Shown: piece by piece, positions 11,857 through 26,249 of the stretch
How the letters are laid out: the number at the start of each line of letters is the position of its first letter
Numbering within the stretch: the first letter of the stretch is position 1
NCBI RefSeq assembly: GCF_035594765.1
Contig: NW_026943822.1
Location: forward strand, 14,407,769-14,471,768
DNA from: Anolis carolinensis
Lineage: Eukaryota
Direction: 5' to 3'
Length of the DNA stretch: 64,000 bases
The notes under the pieces: model-generated
What the model was told of the DNA's origin: nothing
Databases searched by the model: none
What the model saw: only the letters and a program-made list of their open reading frames with translations
Made by a program: the position numbers and the translations under genes

Positions 11857-12425
11857 TGAAATATAACCTGCTGAAGTTTAATACTAAAATATAACAGAGA
11901 AATTGTGGATAATGCCAGGAAAATTGAAAATATCACACAACCTTTAAAATGTAAATGGCTTCTTTTTTAAATAGATGACACTTGCTAAACTTGGACTATT
12001 AAATGGGGGGGGCACAGATACTCTCCACAAAGATTATCTCAATTTGCTAAATGAGCCATAGCTTTCAGGCCTTTCTGCTGCCTGTACATATGTGACTTTA
12101 TCAATTACCTTCAGTTTAGATCAAATCATACTGTATAGTAAACCATCTGTCATGTTTCTGAAAAAAGCTTGCAACTTCATATTCAAACTTCGGGTTAAGT
12201 GGGAATCCTGAATAGCAATGCTGCCAACATGAATAAAGGTTAAGGAGCATTCATGGAGGAATTTTTTATATGTAGAATTACTTCATGTTAAAAACACTGG
12301 CATGAACTTGATCTTATGTCAGTAAAACCAATGTTCATTATGGTTGTTGAAACAGGCTTTATTAGCTGTCAGGTCAACACTGTACAATACTGAATTAGCC
12401 CATCAATTTTAATCTATTTTTATAG

Positions 12426-12536
<111 letters not shown>

Positions 12537-12614
12537 TAGCCCATAACATTATTACTTTTGAGGGGCAAGTGCAGGGATTGGGAAGCCATGACCTTCCAGA
12601 TGTTGAGATATGAT

Positions 12615-12842
12615 CGTCATGTTTAAATATTTGAAAGGCTGTCATAAGGAAGGGGGAGCAAGCTTGTTTTCTCCTGCCCTGGGGACTAGGACTTAATGGA
12701 GCCATGGGTTCAAATTACAGGAAAAGAGATTCCACCTGAACATTTGGAAGAACTTACTATGAAAGCTGTTCAACAGTGGAACTCTTTGCCTCGGAGTCTA
12801 GTGGAAGCTCCTTCCTTGGAGACTTTTGAACAGAGGCTGGAT
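12615..12842 (+). mobile_element. CR1 LINE 3' fragment
   Basis: Similar to the CR1 ORF2 C-terminus at 42082-42330. Confidence 0.7.
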
Positions 12843-13457
12843 TTATCACCCTGGATTTGACTAAATGTTTGGCTAATATTATTTCTTTCAGTTGTCCTTG
12901 TACATGTCCTTGTAGGTTTTTCAATTAACATGTTAGCTGAATAACCATTTTAGAAGAGACTAATTATTAATAGGTTTTGCAGTTGATCTAATGCGGTGTT
13001 TCTCAACCTTTGGGTCTCCAGGTGTTTTAGCCTTCAACTCCCAGAAATCCTAACAGCTAGTAAACTGGCTGGGATTTCTGGGAGTTGTGGGCCAAAACAC
13101 CTGGGGACCCATAGGTTGTGAACCACTGATCTAATGCATATACTGTATTACTCACTCAGTGAGAATAGTTTTCATTGAACTGAACACTGGATAAATTTGT
13201 GTATAAGTCTCTTAGTGAATTTCAAACTTAGTTACCAAATGGCAGTTACATAAAAATAGTTCTGAATAATAACTAAAATAGCAGTTCTTAATCACTTATT
13301 TGCATGTAACACCCACAAATATTATTTTATTGATAAATAGTTCAGATGTTGCCTTTATAGTGAAAGGAAAAGAAGTTAACACCAGTTCAACTGAAATCTA
13401 ACCTCCCTTTGGGTCAGACACATAGTAAACGTATGGAGAAATTAAAAATTCCTTTAA

Positions 13458-13868
<411 letters not shown>

Positions 13869-15194
13869 TGAGTCTTTCTGAAGGAACCTGGCCTTTCTTC
13901 AATACTACAGTGTTCTTGCGGTCTGATCTTATTTGTGCATGTTTAATTGAAAATAGAGTTCATTGCTTCTAGCATGTATTTGTAAGACTTCAGCCTTGTT
14001 GTGTATTATGTATATGTCAAATAAAATAGTGGATTTAGCGCTGTGGTTTTAAAAATTCACTACAGTAGTCTTCCCCGTTGAGATTTGAATATTACTATAA
14101 CACATTTATCCATTTCAGATAAGGTCTAAGTTGTCAGAAATGACAAGCATCCCCATACTTTTACAAACACTTGTATTTTTAACTCATGCCTTGTTTGCCA
14201 TCAAAAATGAGAAGAGATGGCTTATTGTATCATTGCTTACAAGAAAAGATTATCTCCTACAATAACTATTGAGATGTCAGTTAACTTACCAGAGAAGATC
14301 TAAGTCATTGTCTAGAGGTAGGCTGTTTAATTAGACATGTTTGCCATCATACACTCGGGTACCATTTAAATCTGACTTGTTTCTGAGTGGATTGCACTGA
14401 AAAATTTAGTCATGCCACAGATTAAAAACTGGAGAAATAAAGAAAAGCAGCTGACTTCAAGTTTATTGTTATTATCAATTATTATATCTGTGTTAAATAA
14501 CAGTGCTTAGCTATTGAAGTATATGAGTTTTTAAAAATAATACTTAAATTTTATTGTATGTTAATTTATATTCATTTAATTTTATATGTTGTGTCTTGAC
14601 ATTCCACATTTAACATGATGTATTCTAGTTGAAAACCATATGTAAAAATCTATAAAACTGAACTGATTTGATCTATTTAATAGTTCAATTTGTTAAATGA
14701 TATATGTCTATGGGCACATTACGCAATCTTGTTAAACTAGTATAATTGTTTTTTCATCTTGTTCAATCTTTTTGCAATTATAAACTTGGCAGCATACATA
14801 CATATTTATGGACCATTTGGTATGAAAAACATTTCATCATTAAAGATAAAATCCTAGTTGCCTGTAGTGTTAGTAGTTCTCAAATCTATTCTATGTGGTC
14901 TGTTAGAAATCTGTTTAACAAACCTGTGAATAGCCCAGCTTTATCATAAAACTTGTTCGATTCAGTGCTTATATTCTTTAAAGAATATTGCTTGTTAACA
15001 CAAATTAACAGTAAATGTAATCCTCAAACTACTTATCTTGGATTATTGAAATTTATAACCGTTTAAAACATGATTTCTTAATGGTTTTCTCTTGAAGGTT
15101 GTAGGGTTTTGTCCTCTTTTACTATCCAGGTAAATTAATTGAACAACTGCAGTCTAGCAGTGGTGTGAATGGACGTGAGTAGGCCTGTAACTAA

Positions 15195-15500
<306 letters not shown>

Positions 15501-16620
15501 TGATTTGCCTGACACAGGCGGGAGAACCTTTCCAAACTCTGTGTCTAGTTAGTAATTTAGTAGTTGGCCACAAGATCTGTTTGCTTTATTTTTTTTTTTA
15601 ATTTTATACTGGCCTAGGTTTTAAACTGGAATTTCAGAGCAGCAGACAATGAAAAGACATTATAATCAATCTATACTATCACCCTTCAAAAGTGACAGTG
15701 GAATCATACTACTAAAGAGAAAAAAACTGGTCAAATCATGGAGCTTTTCACTCGCAAAGAATCTCTTTTGCTTCATGATATGCTGAAGAAGAAACATACC
15801 ATGCTTATTCTGTTATGGCCACAGACTTATGTTCTTCATGCAAATTAAAAGAACATTAGGAAATTGCTTGGCATCAAACGGATAACTGATTACCTTTAGC
15901 AATTAAAGCAAGGGATTTTCTCGTGACTCTGGATAACGAAGAAAATTAAGTTCCCTCTTAGAGATGGCTGCCTAGAATATAATGTCTTCTTCTAAATACC
16001 AAATTTGGTGTGATTTCTAGTCTGACCACACACACACACAAGACTGCAATAAGTTTTAGCCTGAACCTTTCAGCAAATTTGGGTACTGTGTTTTGTTTCG
16101 CTTTCCTCTAAAATGCACTTTTGTGAACAGCATTGGCTCGATTATTATGTTAAGGTTGGCATCCCAAGCATTTTCTTTCAAAGGACAGGACCAGCTGGCA
16201 AATTTCAAGTGTTTTAGGAAAATTACTGGCCTGTCTCGTATGGAATTTTTTTGTCTTGCATGGAACCAAGTTTGAAGCAAAATTTAAAGCGAATAGATAC
16301 AATCTTTTGCTACATTGAAATCATAAGCAAAATCATTGCATCAACAAAAGCGATGCTGGATACGTTTTTCAATATAAATAACAAAGTCCTGTTTGTCAGA
16401 ATTGTAATGTGAACTGGCCTGGACTTTTCTGGTGGGAGAGGGTTTGAAATGGGCAGTTGTGCTGAGGTGACTTTGGATTCTTGTGTTTGTCCATCAGCCT
16501 TCTTCTGGAAATCTTGTATAGTTAGAAGCTGTTTAGAAGATATTCCCTTGGGTAAATTTCACTTGACAACATTTTGGTATATATTCTCATAAGAATGTAA
16601 AGAAACAAATTATGAATTAA

Positions 16621-16890
<270 letters not shown>

Positions 16891-17568
16891 TAGCAGTAGG
16901 ATGCTGAAGCCAGTCTTCCTCTGTCATCATTCTGTGGAACAGGTGTTTCAGTCAGAATTGCCTTCAGATTCTGTAACATGTTAAGGTTGTCAAGAACACT
17001 GAGGCCTTTACCCCTTTATTTCACTACTTTTCTACCAGATGTGAGGTACACTACCACTAAACTTAAGGACCTCTACAAAGCTCACTGCAGTCACACCAAG
17101 AGTGAAGGCTTTCTTTCATCCCCACTTCATCCACCAATGGAAGGAGTTTCTTCAGGCCCATCTGTGTTACTATTGATTATGGTTCCCTCATAGATACCCT
17201 CAAGGTTCCTATGCAGGATATTGTAAACTTTTCTCCAATCTGAACATCGTATCTCTCTCGCCTCTGCCGCAAGGTGCTACAGACACCTATCTCTTCCAGC
17301 AGGCCCTTCCGGTCAATTTTAACTTGTGAATTTTAATTTGTATTTGTATTTTAATAGTATTTTGTTTTATCTTGCTGTTTTAACCATGTTGTATTCTGCC
17401 TTGAGCCACAATGTCAATATTATTATTAATATTATACCAATCCTACAGACCTGTTGTTCTTGGATGCAAAAAATGTATGATACAAAAACAATCATAACAG
17501 AAGTTCAACAAAACATATTAATAATTTGATACATTTAAAATAAATATTTCCCTCCCATTCTTTTACAC

Positions 17569-17700
17569 CAGTGGTTCTCAACCTGTGGGTCCCCAGATGT
17601 TTTGGCCTACAACTCCCAGAAATCCCAGCCAGTTTACCAGCTGTTAGGATTTCTGGGGATTGAAGGCCAAAACATCTGGGGACCCACAGGTTGAGAACTA
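17569..17700. mobile_element. hAT-type palindromic MITE (related copy near 12994-13127)
   Basis: CAGTGGTTCTCAACCTGTGGGTCCCC...GGGACCCACAGGTTGAGAAC inverted termini. Confidence 0.75.
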
Positions 17701-18243
17701 GCTAGCTCAGGTTCTTGCACACAACTCACTAATCTCTAAACTGGAGTGACTGTCTCAGCCCAAATCTTCATCCATTCACTTCACACTGGACTCTGTTTTA
17801 GTATATCTGCCTTATTTGAATCCCTTCCCACATTCCACCAATCACCATTCACCATATTGGGAGAAAGGCAGGGCAAAGGGAATGCGAAGCAAATACTGTA
17901 CATAAATTCCAGTATTCCATCCCTTATCTTAGTATTATAATATCTAATACATGAAGCAACATTTTTTCATTAAAAATACATGACATCAAAAATATCACAG
18001 ATCTTTACTCTCCTAACTGCCTATTAAAACTAACAACTTTCTGGGATTTCTGGAATGTTTTGTGCCTGAGAGAAGTACCTAGGCCATGGAAATGTCATTG
18101 TGTATATGAAATACTTTTTAGTCTCTGAGTGTTAAAGTATCATACAGGTTCTGAATAAAGACAGTGATGTAGGTATACAGGTTTTTTAGGCAAAAATAAG
18201 CCTATGAGCCTCTCAGTAAAATACTTAGGAAATAATTTCTTAA

Positions 18244-18462
<219 letters not shown>

Positions 18463-18855
18463 TAAAGGTGTATTTATAATTCAGCAGTGGTATCACTGAT
18501 ATCGAGATATGTCTGCTGTATATATTTCTAAGTGATAATTTGTTGCTGTAGACATGCTACAGCCAGAGGGCACCTGAAGTTTGCTCATTCACATGCAAAA
18601 TAATTGGAAGTACACACTGCAGTTTTCAATATTTATCCTACCACTTTTATTTTGATTTTATAATCTACTTTAGTATTTGTTTTATTCTGTTGCTGTTGTT
18701 TTTATTTTTTCATTTTTATGTTTTTTAACAGACTTAGAGAACATGGTTTAATGGATATGAATGAATTTTATTACAGTCTCAGACTAGGGTTAATTGATGT
18801 TTTACAAGTGCTGTCATTCAATCCAAACAATCTAATTTCTGTTGTTTGTTTTTAG

Positions 18856-19014
18856 GGCCCAGATTCTCATTATGGCACCAAAGGACTGAAGAAAGTAATC
18901 CACGAATCTCCTGCTTCAAGCAAAACCTGCTTTTTCTTTTTTAGTTCGCCGGGTAACAACAACGGTACATCGATAGAAGATGGACAGATACCAGAAATAA
19001 TATTTTATACGTAA
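18856..19014 (+). CDS. BTBD1: BTBD1 exon 8 (terminal); spliced CDS 1458 nt = 485 aa
   Basis: [42 protein letters not shown]. All intron phases are compatible. Confidence 0.97.
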   Translation, partial: GPDSHYGTKGLKKVIHESPASSKTCFFFFSSPGNNNGTSIEDGQIPEIIFYT

Positions 19015-20125
19015 TTTCCAGTAACTGAAATAAAGAAAGAGATGGATTGACTTTGATAAGAAAGGACCAATGGGAGAGTGGAATGCTGTGAATCTTGTAA
19101 ATACAATGATCTCAGATGTGCTATCGAAACTGAAGTATTGTACGTGGAAGGTACTAAAAAAAGTATTCACTTTTCCAGTTGCAGGTTGCAGCCAAACTAT
19201 TCTTATCTGTACATAAATATTTACTTGATCACTTTAAATGTACTACCCTTGACTTGGAAGATGGAACAGAGCATTTGTCTTTTCCTCCCTGAAATATCCT
19301 TGCTGCAGATGGTATATCATCTGTGGATTAGAATGACTGTGTACTTGTAAACCGAACTTGCATTTTTTTTTCTTTTTTTTAAAAAAAACACTAAATTTAC
19401 AATGAAATTATGAAGACAAGCAGACTTAAGATGGATACGAATTACATCTGTAATTGTACTTGATACAGTGTACATAAACCTAACCAGTTTTGTTGTGTAC
19501 TGGAAAAATGTTACGCGGAAAGCAGCTGTATGAAGCTATTCTTGAAATATAAAGTGAAGAGTGGAAGAAATGTTGTGTACTTCTGGATGCTGTTGTGAAA
19601 AATCAATCTGAAATACTATAGCTCGACTGGGTCAAAAGAGCTGCCAAGGTTTGAGGGCAGATACGAAAATCATTCTCATACTTATTTATATTTATCATGG
19701 CATATGATTCATTGTATGGAAAAATACTAGTTGGGATTAATGTTTATAGTTGTATAGAAAAATACTAGTTGGGATTAATGTTTATAGTTACAGTAGCCTT
19801 TTTGCTAATTGGGTATTTTGGTCACGTTCCAATGAATAACAGGTCCGAAAAGACATGGCTTCATCCCACGGCAAACTAGCATTGCTTATCATGGTGCATC
19901 TACACTGTGGAATTAATGCAGCTTCAGTCCACTTTAACTGCCATGGCTCAAAGCTATAGAATCATGGAAGTTGTCATTTGACAAGGTCCACGGGCTTCTT
20001 TGCCAAATAGTGCAGGTGCCTCATCAAACTGCAAATCCCAGGACTTTGGGTGCATCTACACTAGAATTAATATAGTTTGACTCCATTTTAGCTGCTATGG
20101 CTTCATGGGAGTGGTAGTTTTTCAA

Positions 20126-20630
20126 GGGTTGCTGTGAGTTTTCCGGGCATGTTCCAGAAGCATTCTCTCCTGACGTTTCGCCCACATCTGTGACAGGCAT
20201 TCTCAGAGGTTATGAGGTCAGTTGAAAACTAGGCAAGTGGGGTTTATATATCTGTGGAATAATGTCCAGGGTGAGAGAAAGAACTCTTGTCTTACTTAGT
20301 TTCTCCATGGACCTCACAACCTCTGAGGATGCCTGCCATAGATGTGGGCGAAACGTCAGGAGAGAATACTTCTGGAACATGGCCACGCAGCCCGAAAGAC
20401 ATACAACAACCCCGTGATCCCTGCCATGAAAGCCTTCGACAACACATAGAACTCTTGTCTGTTTGAAGCAAGTGTGAACGTTGCAATTGGCCACCTTGAT
20501 TAGCACTGAATAGCCTTGCACTGCTTCCTGCCTGGGGGAATCCTTTGTTGGGAGGTGATTAGCTGGCCCTGGTTGTTTCATATCTGGAACTCCCCTGTTT
20601 TCTGTAGGTTGTTCTTTATTCACTGAGTTT
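20126..20630. mobile_element. Penelope fragment (-) with a nested opposite-orientation Penelope terminus (+, about 20292-20447) carrying an intact hammerhead (20320-20360)
   Basis: Same terminal sequence in both orientations. AGAACTCTTGTC is repeated around the inner copy. Confidence 0.75.
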
Positions 20631-20689
20631 TTCAAGGTCTTGAGCCTTCCCTTTCAACTGCTTCTAAGCACTCAAAAGGCTTGGTGTTG

Positions 20690-20815
20690 TGCTTGGCCAC
20701 GCCCACCAAGAAACCTGACCAATCACGGCGCCGAATGCAAATAGAGGCAGGCTGAGGGAAACAAAGGCCTAACCTCGCGGGATGTAAAGTCCCCTGTATG
20801 AGAACAGCCGTTTAG
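20690..20815 (+). promoter_or_regulatory. C15orf40: C15orf40 promoter
   Basis: GC box CCACGCCC near 20697, CCAAT box near 20720, local CpG enrichment. Confidence 0.55.
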
Positions 20816-20881
20816 ATGCCTAGTTTGATCCATCCTGCTTTCCGTCGTTGTTTTCGTTCGGCGGCGGCGATGCCCCGGAAG
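20816..20881 (+). CDS. C15orf40: C15orf40 exon 1 (ATG at 20816 or 20870)
   Basis: MPSLIHPAFRRCFRSAAA-MPRK, then GTCAGT donor in phase 0 with exon 2. MPRK resembles human MPKK. Confidence 0.78.
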
Positions 20882-21159
20882 GTCAGTCCTGGGCGGGAAA
20901 GGTTGTTCTATCATTATTAGTATAACAACATGTACAGTATTCTTTACTCTAAATCAGGTCTTGGCAAGCTTAGGCCCTCCAGGTGTTTTGGACTGCAACT
21001 CCCAGCATTCCTAACAGCCTCAGGCCTTTTCCTTTTCCCCCTCAGCCGCTTAAGCGGCTGAGGGGGAAAAGGAAGAGGCCTGAGGCTGTTAGGAATGCTG
21101 GGAGTTGCAGTCCAAAACACCTGGAGGGCCTAAGCTTGCCCAGGCCTGCTCAAAATGTG

Positions 21160-21370
21160 TCTAGATCCGGAGTGCCAATACTCTATTCTGCCTTGGTCAG
21201 ACCACACCTGGAATACTATGTCCAATTCTGGGCACCACAATTGAAGGGAGATCTTGACAAGCTGGAAAGTGTCCAGAGGAGGGTGACTAAAAGGATCAAG
21301 GGTCTGGAGAACAAGCGACTTAAAGCACTGGGCATGTTTAGCCTGCAAAGGAGAAGGCTGAGAGGAGACA
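21160..21370 (+). mobile_element. CR1 ORF2 fragment
   Basis: [32 protein letters not shown] motif. Confidence 0.85.
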
Positions 21371-21397
21371 CAATAATAATGATGATGATAATAATAA

Positions 21398-22200
21398 GGA
21401 AACCGACGAAACCATAGATCATATCCTCAGCTGCTGTAAGAAAATCGCACAGACAGACTACAAACAGAGGCCCAACCATGTGGCCCAAATGATTCATTGG
21501 AACTTATGCCTCAAGTACCACCTGCCAGCAGTAAAGAACTGGTGGGATCACAAACCTGCAAAAGTATTGGAGAATGAGCACGCAAAGATACTGTGTGAGT
21601 TTTTCCTGTTGTTTTTCGTCACAGACAGACTACAAACAGAGGCACATCTATGTGGCCCAAATGATTCATTGGAACTTATGCCTCAAGTACCACCTCCCAG
21701 CAGTAAAGAACTGGTGGGATCACAAACTTGCAAAAGTATTGGAAAATGAGCACGCAAAGATACTGTGGGACCTCCGAATCCAGACTGACAAAGTTCTGGA
21801 ACACAACACACCAGACATCACAGTTGTGGAAAGGAAAAAGTTTTGGATCATTGATGTCACCATCTCAGGTGACAGTCGCATTGACGAAAAACAACAGGAA
21901 AAACTCAGCCGCTATCAGGACCTCAAGATTGAACTGCAAAGACTCTGGCAGAAACCAGTGCAGGTGGTTCCGGTGGAGATCGGCACATTGGGTGCTGTGC
22001 CAAAAGATCTCAGCCAGCATTTGGAAACAATAGACATTGACAAAATCACAATCTGCCAACTGCAAAAGGCCACCCTACTGGGATCTGCACGCATCATCCG
22101 AAAATACATCACACAGTCCTAGACACTTGGGAAGTGTTCGACTTGTGATTTTGTGATACGAAATCCAGCATATCTATCTTGTTCGCTGTGTCATAATAAA
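21398..22200 (+). mobile_element. R4/Dong element 3' end with internal partial duplication
   Basis: RLE ORF 21574-22122, AAT-rich repeats on both flanks. Confidence 0.87.
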
Positions 22201-22539
22201 ATAAAATAATAATAATAATTTTCTTGTATTCCTCCCCATCTCCTCAGAGGGGCTCGGGGCAACTCACGTGGGGACCAAGCCCAAAATGCACCACAAAATA
22301 CAACAAGGTACATTTAAAGCATATAAAATCAAAGGCATATAAAATACAATAAAAACATACAATAACCAATAGCCTTCAAGGCGCAGTGAGCATAATCAAG
22401 ATTGGAGGTAAGGCAGTAAGATTTATTTATGTGCAATATCGTGCAACCTCTGAGCTGGGCCAGAATAAAGTGGAATAGCTGGGTATAGGTGGAGGTGAAA
22501 GAACATGATGAGGGCCATGGATAAATATGTGAGGGGAAG

Positions 22540-23124
22540 TCATAGGAAAGAGGGAGCAAGCTTGTTTTCATATTTATAAATGGCCCACATCATGTCTCCT
22601 CTCAGCCTTCTCTTCAGGCTAAACATGCCCAGCTCTTTCAGCCACTCCTCATAGGGCTTGTTCTCCAGACCCTTGATCCTTTTAGTCACCTTCCTCTGGA
22701 TACATTCCAGCTTGTCAACATCTCCCTTCAATTGTGCTGCCCAGAACTGGACACAGTGTGATTCCAGGTGTGGTTTGACCAAAGCAGAATGAAGAAGTAG
22801 CATGACTTCCCTGGATCTAGACACTTTACTCCAAGTAAATACATTTTGAGCAGGCCTGGGCAAACTGCCATGGGGACTAGGACATGGAATAACGACTTCA
22901 AACAACAGGAAAGAAAAGATATTCCACCTGAGCATTAGGAAATACTTCCTCACTGTGAGATCTGTTCAGCAGTGGAACACTCTTTCTGGAGTGTGGTGGA
23001 GGCTCCATCTTTGGAGGCTTTGGAACAGAAGCTAGATGTCCATCTGTCGGGGGGCTTTCAATGCGATTTTCCTGCTTCCTGACAGGGGGTTGGACTGGAT
23101 GGCCCACAAGTTATCTTTTAACTC
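22540..23124. mobile_element. Rearranged CR1 fragments (- then +)
   Basis: CR1 ORF2 motifs on the minus strand 22540-22830, CR1 3' end on the plus strand 22870-23124. Confidence 0.75.
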
Positions 23125-23582
23125 TAAGAGAAAGAAAGGGAGGAAAGAGATGAAAGAAAGGAAAAGATGAAGGAAAGAAGACAAGAGGGAAGAGCTGTAT
23201 GAGAGAAAGGGAGGATGGAAAGAAAGAAAGAGCCCACTCTAGCCTGAGCATTGCCATGGAGACATTGACAGGTAGGCCTTCTCAGAGCTGGAGAAGGGGA
23301 AAAAACAAGGGGACCCACACCTGGGGACCCACTAGTCGAGAACCACTGCTCTCAGGTTTACAAACTTTTTTAAATGACTTTTATAGTCCCTCTTTCAGCT
23401 TGTGCCTTCCTCCATATATTTCAGTTTTCTATCAATCTATCAGTTACATTTGAAAAATACATTATTTTGAAACTATTTCAAAAACCCTTTGAGCCTGAAA
23501 TCAGTGGTGTGTCTTTTAAAGCTGTTGTTCAGTTGTCTCTCCTTTTTGGAGTGATAACACTGATTTCTGTTTTTGCTTTAAG

Positions 23583-23709
23583 GGTAAGGCACAGAATAAG
23601 GACATAGCAAGCCCTTCTGTTCCTTCAGGCCCCGTGGCAAGCGATAAAAGTGGTTCTGTTACTATCGCTGTCCATGCCAAACCAGGATCTAAACAAAATG
23701 CTGTGACAG
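23583..23709 (+). CDS. C15orf40: C15orf40 exon 2 (UPF0235/DUF167 family)
   Basis: 127 nt, [42 protein letters not shown]. Confidence 0.93.
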
Positions 23710-24039
23710 GTATGTTGGAAATATGCTGCACAAAGTGATTTTTTTGAAATGCTGAAGAGTGTATGTTGGAAAATATGTGCTTATTTCCAGCAGAGACAGA
23801 TAACTAGGTTTTCAGCATTAGCTGCCTCTTCCTAAATTGTGTTGGTTTAAAAAATGATCTAGCCTTTATTTAATCACTAACTGGTTTTCATGGGTAGCCA
23901 AGAATGAGTGGACAAGCAGGAAGAAGAAAGTGATCTCTCCATTTCTGTTTACTAGTCCTCTTGCTTTGTTTGTTGTCAGCTTTGTTAGCTGCCCCAAGTC
24001 CCTGCTGGGAGATGGTGGCAGGGTAGAAAAATAAAGTTA

Positions 24040-24623
24040 CAGTAGAGTCTCACTTATCCAAGCTAAATGGGCCAGCAGAAGCTTGGATAAGCAAATATCT
24101 TGGATTTTTTTTTTGTCAGGAGCAACCGGAGTTGCTTCTGGAGTGAGAGAATTGGCCATCTGCAAGGACATTGCCCAGGGGACGCCCGGGTGTTTTGATG
24201 TTTTACCATCCTTGTGGGAGGGTTCTCTCATGTCCCCGCATGGAGCTGGAGCTGATAGAGGGAGCTCATCCGCACTCTCCCAGGGTGGGATTCGAACCTG
24301 GCAGCCTTCAGGTCAGCAACCTAACCTTCAAATCACAAGGCTTTTATCCCCTAGGCCACCGGAGGCTCCAATATCTTGGATAATAAAGAGGAATTAAGGA
24401 AAAGCCTATTACACATCAAATTAGGTTATGATTTTACAAATTAAGCCCCAAAACATCATATTATACAACAAATTTGACAGAAAAAGTAGTTCAATACGCA
24501 GTAATGTTATGTTGTAATTACTGTATTTATGAATTTAGCACCAAAATATCATGATATATTGAAAACATTGACTACAAAAACGGCTTGGATAATCCAGAGG
24601 CTTGGATAAGTGCGACTCTACTG
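24040..24623. mobile_element. TA-targeting MITE interrupted by a tRNA-derived SINE (about 24105-24369, -); related SINE copies near 2286-2500 and 35352-35615
   Basis: MITE TIRs at both ends. SINE has a polyT end, GGATTCGAACC B box and TSD AATATCTTGGA. Confidence 0.8.
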
Positions 24624-25425
24624 TACTTACTTACTTTGTTCTGTGTCTAAAGGAGGCTAGTGTTGTGCATTTCCACGCTTCTTGCAGAAGAGGGGGCTTC
24701 TGCTCTGTGATCAGGTTAAATAAACATGCAGACCACACGTTTCTTGTAAAGCTAGTAAAAATGCAGTCTAGTATGTTTGAGGGCTTATTTACACAGCTAA
24801 TCTAGTAATACGATTGCCAATACTGGGCCCATATGTTACACTCAGCTCATCCATCTCAATCCTTGAGTGATAAGGCCTGTAGCCCTCAAGAAATGGGGAA
24901 ACTATAGCTGTGCCATCAGGAGAGAAAAAAGTACTATTTTTTGTACAATAACATCCACATCAGAAATGTATACTAAAACATTTGGTCTTTAAAAGCATTA
25001 TAAAGTTGTAGAACATGAACCACAATTTAAAATTAATATAGCTTCAGCATAATGAGAAGACCTTTGCTTCAGACCAGAATGATATTAACACTCTCAACCA
25101 GAACTGTACCTGTCCCAGAGCAGAGTGTGTTGAGAATGTCACTTTAGGTTTCATAATCTGTAGAAAGATGTTACTGGAACATGTGCTTGAAGTTATCAGA
25201 GCATGATGAGTAAGTGAAGCCAGACTTCAGATGCGGTGGTTCCAAACTATAAACAGCTTTAAAAGTTCTGATTCTAGTTGTTTGAGTTCCGGTCAGTTAA
25301 GAGTCTATGTATTATGTATATGAAGGTCTTAAATAGTTTTTCAAAATCAACTCTTTATGGCTTGAGTTTAACAAAAAGCACCAGGCGAGCTTCATATGTA
25401 TATCGTACTAAAACATTTGTTATAG

Positions 25426-25553
25426 ATCTGAGTGCAGAAGCAGTGGGCATAGCCATTGCTGCACCTCCGTCCGACGGGGAGGCCAACGCAGAGCTGTGCC
25501 GCTACCTCTCAAAGGTCCTTGAAGTGAAGAAGAGTGAGGTTGTATTAGAGAAG
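25426..25553 (+). CDS. C15orf40: C15orf40 exon 3
   Basis: 128 nt, [42 protein letters not shown]. Confidence 0.95.
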
Positions 25554-25879
25554 GTACAGTGTTAATAGCATGATTTGTTGGTAAATTTGGTAATGGATTT
25601 TGAGATTTTTTTTTCCTCTTGCTGATCAATGGAGAGGGTTAGTTTGACACCTTCCAGTATATCAGTATGAGTAGTAGCGATACACATATTAACTCAGCTG
25701 TAATATTAATTAGAAGTAGAAGATTCTTATTCATTTGCCTTACAGATAGTTTTTATATTTTATTTAATTAATTGATTGATTTGACTTGATTTTTTTCCCA
25801 CTCCTCTCCCAATATGAGTCCCAAATGCCTGTCTAACCTTGGGAACTGAAGGAGAATGTCCGTAAGAGAGTTAATCTCA

Positions 25880-25954
25880 GGCCCCGTCTACACTACCATA
25901 TAATCCAGTTCAAAACAGATAATTTGGATTTTATATGGCAGTGTAGATAGGGAC
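25880..25954. mobile_element. PIF/Harbinger-like palindromic MITE
   Basis: GGCCCCGTCTACACT..AGTGTAGATAGGGAC flanked by TCA/TCA. A related element spans about 2208-2728. Confidence 0.55.
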
Positions 25955-26156
25955 TCAGTTAGTCAAAGGAGCAGAGACTGCCGTAAGGTCGCCTTTTATG
26001 AACGTAGGTCTCCATTGCCTTGTGTCAATGTTCTAACCACTACAACATGCGTTCTGATCCAATTACACTCCTACCTATGTCACAAATAATATGCTTTCAG
26101 AATTACCAATTATCAGGACGTGTTGATAAGGAAAATCCTCTTCTCTCTTGAAACAG

Positions 26157-26249
26157 GGTGGCAGATCTCGAGAAAAATTAGTGAAGATTCTGGCACCACT
26201 GACACCTGAGGAAGTTTTACAGAAACTGAGAAAAGAAGTTGCTGGTTGA
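26157..26249 (+). CDS. C15orf40: C15orf40 exon 4 (terminal)
   Basis: [30 protein letters not shown]. Confidence 0.94.
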   Translation, partial: GGRSREKLVKILAPLTPEEVLQKLRKEVAG

